Origin: Vicugna vicugna
Taxonomy: Eukaryota
Assembly: GCA_013265495.1 (NCBI GenBank)
Contig: MU058252.1
Span: 2,514,244-2,550,202, forward strand
Reading direction: 5' to 3'
DNA length: 35,959 nt
Within the stretch, counting starts at the first letter, position 1; every line of letters begins with the position of its first letter. A program made the position numbers and the translations under genes. The notes under the pieces are model-generated. The model worked only from the letters and a program-made list of their open reading frames with translations. It did no database searches and was not told where the DNA came from. Of this stretch, positions 35,850-35,959 are shown in pieces.

Positions 35850-35959
35850 GCAGCCCCGGGCGAGAGAGACAAGGCGTGAGGGACCGGACTGAGTGGAAGA
35901 GGCGGGGGCCCGCGGGGCCAGGGCGGCGCCGTGCCGGTGCGAGGGCGCGTCTGGAGCGC
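35850..35959. promoter_or_regulatory. Edge of a CpG island running off the window
   Basis: Sharp rise in GC and CpG with a GC-box-like gaggcggggg and gggcgg; truncated by the window end. Confidence 0.55.

Noticed and set aside
259..35872. The many 60-178 aa ORFs in the six-frame track as genes
   Set aside because: No recognisable domains, many alternative start codons, overlap on both strands and low-complexity GC-driven composition; typical of non-coding mammalian DNA.
1..35959. CRISPR array, operon, tRNA/rRNA/snoRNA gene, processed pseudogene or a novel multi-gene system
   Set aside because: No regularly spaced repeat-spacer units, RNA gene hallmarks or mRNA-like segment were seen; the recurring sequences are dispersed L1 3' ends.

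Overview
Non-coding mammalian genomic DNA, not prokaryotic. The 3' ends of its LINE-1 copies look cetartiodactyl and, from recalled consensus, camelid-like; I saw no Alu, Bov-A/BovB, PRE-1, CHR or Can-SINE copies. I recognise no protein-coding gene: the only ORFs with recognisable content are decayed L1 ORF2 C-termini. The window holds about eight truncated L1 insertions, mostly on the - strand. One has a clear twin-priming 5' inversion and one has an in-frame internal deletion. It also holds old MIR/L2 fragments, hAT MITEs (MER33-, MER3-, MER5-, MER94-like), a MER21-like solo LTR, microsatellites, an internal CpG island (~10.8-11.5 kb) and the edge of another at the right end. L1 strand bias and A>G drift suggest a long intron of a + strand gene that I cannot name. 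I found no evidence of a new biological system. The best leads are a candidate alternative promoter/first exon, a candidate 17-nt microexon, an unexplained 14-bp inverted repeat and local GC-biased substitution clusters. Repeat family names come from recalled consensus sequences and boundaries are approximate; both need RepeatMasker/Dfam confirmation.
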